A DNA stretch of 63,422 bases, filler included, from Nemertoderma westbladi (Eukaryota > Animalia > Xenacoelomorpha), in assembly GCA_032718475.1 (NCBI GenBank). It is 4 parts of 4 records of this genome, joined end to end, with 100 filler letters (N's around TTAATTAATTAA, not from the genome) between each part and the next. Parts side by side here need not be neighbours in the genome. Positions count along the whole stretch, not along the records: positions 58,869 to 63,422 come from JAUCBJ010002958.1; 3 more parts are not named here. One strand, written 5' to 3'. Numbering within the stretch: position 1 is the stretch's first letter; each line of letters opens with the position of its first letter. A model generated the notes under the pieces. It was not told where the DNA came from, did not search any database, and worked only from the letters and a program-made list of their open reading frames with translations. The position numbers were made by a program, and so were the translations under genes. Of this stretch, positions 60,316-63,422 are shown piece after piece.

Positions 60316-62562
60316 GGGGGTTCGATGTTCTTATTCCTGTTTGAGTGTATTGTTGATATTGTAATGGGGGAATGTCACCCTGCCCCCCCCCCCCCCCCCC
60401 CCCCACCGGTATTATGTTTGGTACTGGGGTTGATGTTAATATATTGGGTCCCATACACCTATCTGCAATAACTCTCCCCTCCCCTGGATATATGTTATGT
60501 CCATGCATATTATAGTCATGATGCTGCTGTGCTGGTACCGATATAGGCCTATCCACTTCTTGCCTACCTACCGGTATGTACTCCGCGACTTCCGGATCTA
60601 ATCCCGTTGTTCGCGCTACCCTATCGCCTACACTATCTTTCCCAGCATGGCCTATAGTATGTGCAGTAAGCCTACAGTATGTCCTGCAGTCTGCATGTGC
60701 CCTTCCAGACCGAAGTTTAACCTTCTCGAATAATCCAAGAAGTCCTCCCCACGACTACCGTACTCTCGATCGGCAGCTATATTCCGTCGGGAAGTTTCTA
60801 TTCGATCCCCTCTCCTGTTCTCTTCCTCGTATCAGTACGTTCTGTACCCTTCTCATAGTGTGCGGTGCGTCTCTCCGGGGCGACGGCAATCTCCCAGAGT
60901 TCGACCCCACTGACTCCCTAACTCCATCTCTACTACCGATGGTTCACTGTCCATCCTTGCTCTCCGGTTGCTCATAGCAACGATTCTTCTATTCTCTTCA
61001 CTTCTTCTCTCTTCGACCTCCCGGTTAAACTCTACTATTCTTCTTCTCTCTTCCGACTGACGTCTTCTCGCTCGCCTGCTCTCGGCGTCAACATCTCTCT
61101 CTCTGTCCGCCTGGACCCTCCTGGGGATACTCGTCATCCCCCTACTATTCTCCGTCATTGGGTGCCGCGGTTCACCTAACTTGCCCCACGCATTATCCGC
61201 CGACGCCTGTGGGGCACTCTCTGCCCCCCTCCTCTCGCCACTAATCTCCCGTAGTGGGGCGCCCGTAGCCCCCCCCCCCCCCCCCCCCCCCCACTCGCCA
61301 CTTCTTACTTCACTACCACTTACTTCGCTTCTACGCCCCTCTTGTGGGGCATTCTCTGCCCCCCTCTCTCGCCACTAATCTCTCGTGGTGGGGCGCCCAT
61401 AGCCCCCCCCCCCCCCCCCCACTCGCCACTTCTTACTCGCTACCACTTACTTCGCTTCTACGCCCCTCTTGTGGGGCATTCTCTGCCCCCCCCCCCCCTC
61501 TCTCGCCACTAATCTCCCGTGGTGGGGCGCCCATAGCCCCCCCCCCCCCCACCCTCCCACCCGCCACTTCTTACTTCACTACCTCTCACTTCACTTCTAC
61601 AACCCTCCTAGTCGACGCACTGTCTCTACTGCGGCTGGGTCTGTTGACCCCCGCCTCTCCCTGTGCAACTGCGTGGCCTGGCAGGCTCCCATCGGGTTGA
61701 CTCACCCCCGTTGCTCCCTGCCTAACTACGTGGCCTTGCAGGCTCCACTCGGGGTCTCTCACCCCCGCTACTCCCTGCGTACTAACTACGTGGCCTTGCA
61801 GGCTCCCGTTGGCCGGACCACCTGTGTCTCCTACATTAGTATTAATAGCCCCGTTATCAATATTATTATTTTCTAAATTATTCAAATTATTTGAATTATT
61901 CTGTATATTTAAATTTAAATTATTATTCGAATTATTTTGAATATTTGAATTAGAATTATTATTTTGTATATTTAAATTAATACTATTATTTGGATTATTT
62001 GTATTTAAATTAGAATTACCGGATAAAATATTATTTTCTGCAATAAAGGTTTGGTTAGGGTTGTCTACTACGGTACTATTAATATTAATTTCTTCTAACG
62101 TATTATTATTACCCCCCCCCCCCCCCCCGCCCGTATGGATACACCAATTCTGGTTCTGTCGTCCGGCGCCTGTAAGTGGGGTATTAACAAACATTTCCAT
62201 AACTTCTGGCTCCTCGTAAATACTACCCGAGCCAGCCTCACTCTCTGATAGTCCCAACTGCGCCAGTTCTAGTTGGCGCTTCTGCTTGGCCTGATATTGC
62301 ATAAGCCCCCTTAACCGGGCATGCATATCATCCCGCATGCGCTTTCCCGCTCTCTCTCTCTCTCTATCCTCTCGCAAACTCTGGTTCGCTAACTCTGTTT
62401 CTCTCGCCACCCGCTCTCTACGCTCGCTCTCTACTCTCTCTGCCCTCGCTTCCCACTCCTTGCGTTCGTTCTCTATTCTTATTTCTCGCTCTTTACGCTC
62501 CTCTTTCTCCCTCTCTTCTTGCTCTCTACAATTCCTGGCCACCCTCTTGGCCCTCTCTCTAC
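60316..62562 (-). pseudogene. Frameshifted R/E-rich coiled-coil and N-rich ORF, possibly the N-terminal part of a retroelement gag/ORF1
   Basis: Consecutive minus-strand ORFs (61586-62542, 60853-61158, 60311-60556) broken by stops and frameshifts, several near G homopolymers. Internal ~130-bp triplication at 61205-61590. No diagnostic domain seen. Confidence 0.4.
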
Positions 62563-63197
62563 GCTCCCTCTAGTGATTCTGAGAGTACTCCTAAGTCATC
62601 AGCAAAGTCTAGATCAGTTAGGTACTTGGCAGGATTTCCACGACTTCTGGAGCCAGTAGGTGGAGTTATCATCACCCCATCATCATTATGAATTATGATG
62701 ATCTAAGGACATGCGTAGAACATAGTCAACCACAATTATGAACAAGAATGGTGCAAGTGTGTCTCCCTGGAGGACGCCCCATAAAACTTCAAATGGTTCT
62801 GTGTCACCGTCAACAGTAGACACAAATGTTGTCGAACCATCGTATACTGATCTGATTGCTGCAATAATTTCATCAGGAATCCCATATAATGAAAGTATGC
62901 TGAACATACGTGAGCGGGAGACTGAATCAAAGGCCTTGAAGAAGTCAACAAAGATAACAGCCAGATGCATGTCTTTCTTTTTTGATAACTCTTCAATTAT
63001 CCTTCTAAGTGCCAAAATGGGTTCCATGGTCCCACGACCTTTACGGAACCCATTCTGATTTCCACGGAGCAGTCTCTCAATGGGATCCCTGATGCGAGTT
63101 AATAGAAATCTATTGTATAGCTTTGCAGCAATCGAGATCAATGAGATTCCCCGAAAAGAACCATAGAGTGTTAGGTTGCCCTTCTTGGGAACTGGAA
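62563..63197 (-). mobile_element. RTE-like family A internal RT fragment
   Basis: PVPKKGNL, FRGISL, NQNGFRKGR, FVDFFKAFDSV, GVLQGDTLAP; a small insertion near 62690 gives a stop. Confidence 0.9.
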
Positions 63198-63422
63198 ACT
63201 TGTAATTTTGGTGCAGCAAAATAACCACCCCAGTAGTTTTTTTCGAAATTTTTTTTCTTCGTTCGGATTCGGATTTGTGCGATCTACGTACAAACAACAA
63301 ATCAAACATTTTCGTTAAAATTTGTAGATTTTAGATGGAGGGGTCAATAGGACCCCCCCCCCCCCCCCCCCCGCTATTTGTACAACATTTTTTTAGCCCG
63401 GTACTAATAGGGTTAACTATTG

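Overview
AT-rich, repeat-dense animal (probably invertebrate) nuclear DNA. It is made of four contigs joined by artificial 100-bp N/TTAATTAATTAA/N linkers (1-17832, 17933-39943, 40044-58768, 58869-63422), so adjacency across linkers means nothing. Host genes: an intronless OSTM1-like gene (-, 6284-7291) and the last coding exon of flotillin-2 (-, 45259-45686). The main observation is the >13-kb, ~210-copy 62-bp array upstream of that FLOT2 exon. Each unit is the last 43 nt of the preceding FLOT2 exon (EQEI[TR/NS]KEKELTAT-G) plus the 5' splice donor and 19 nt of intron, so the intron is built from hundreds of copies of its own exon-intron junction. Mobile elements: an apparently intact animal-type CACTA/EnSpm transposon (926-aa zinc-finger DDE transposase plus a 3-exon SAM/SAMD3-like ORF2 reconstructed here), five fragments of one RTE-like LINE family and one of a second family, several MITEs with TIRs and TSDs (some nested), and foldback elements with satellite arms. 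Several other tandem arrays derive from element ends. All family assignments come from motif recognition, not from database searches.
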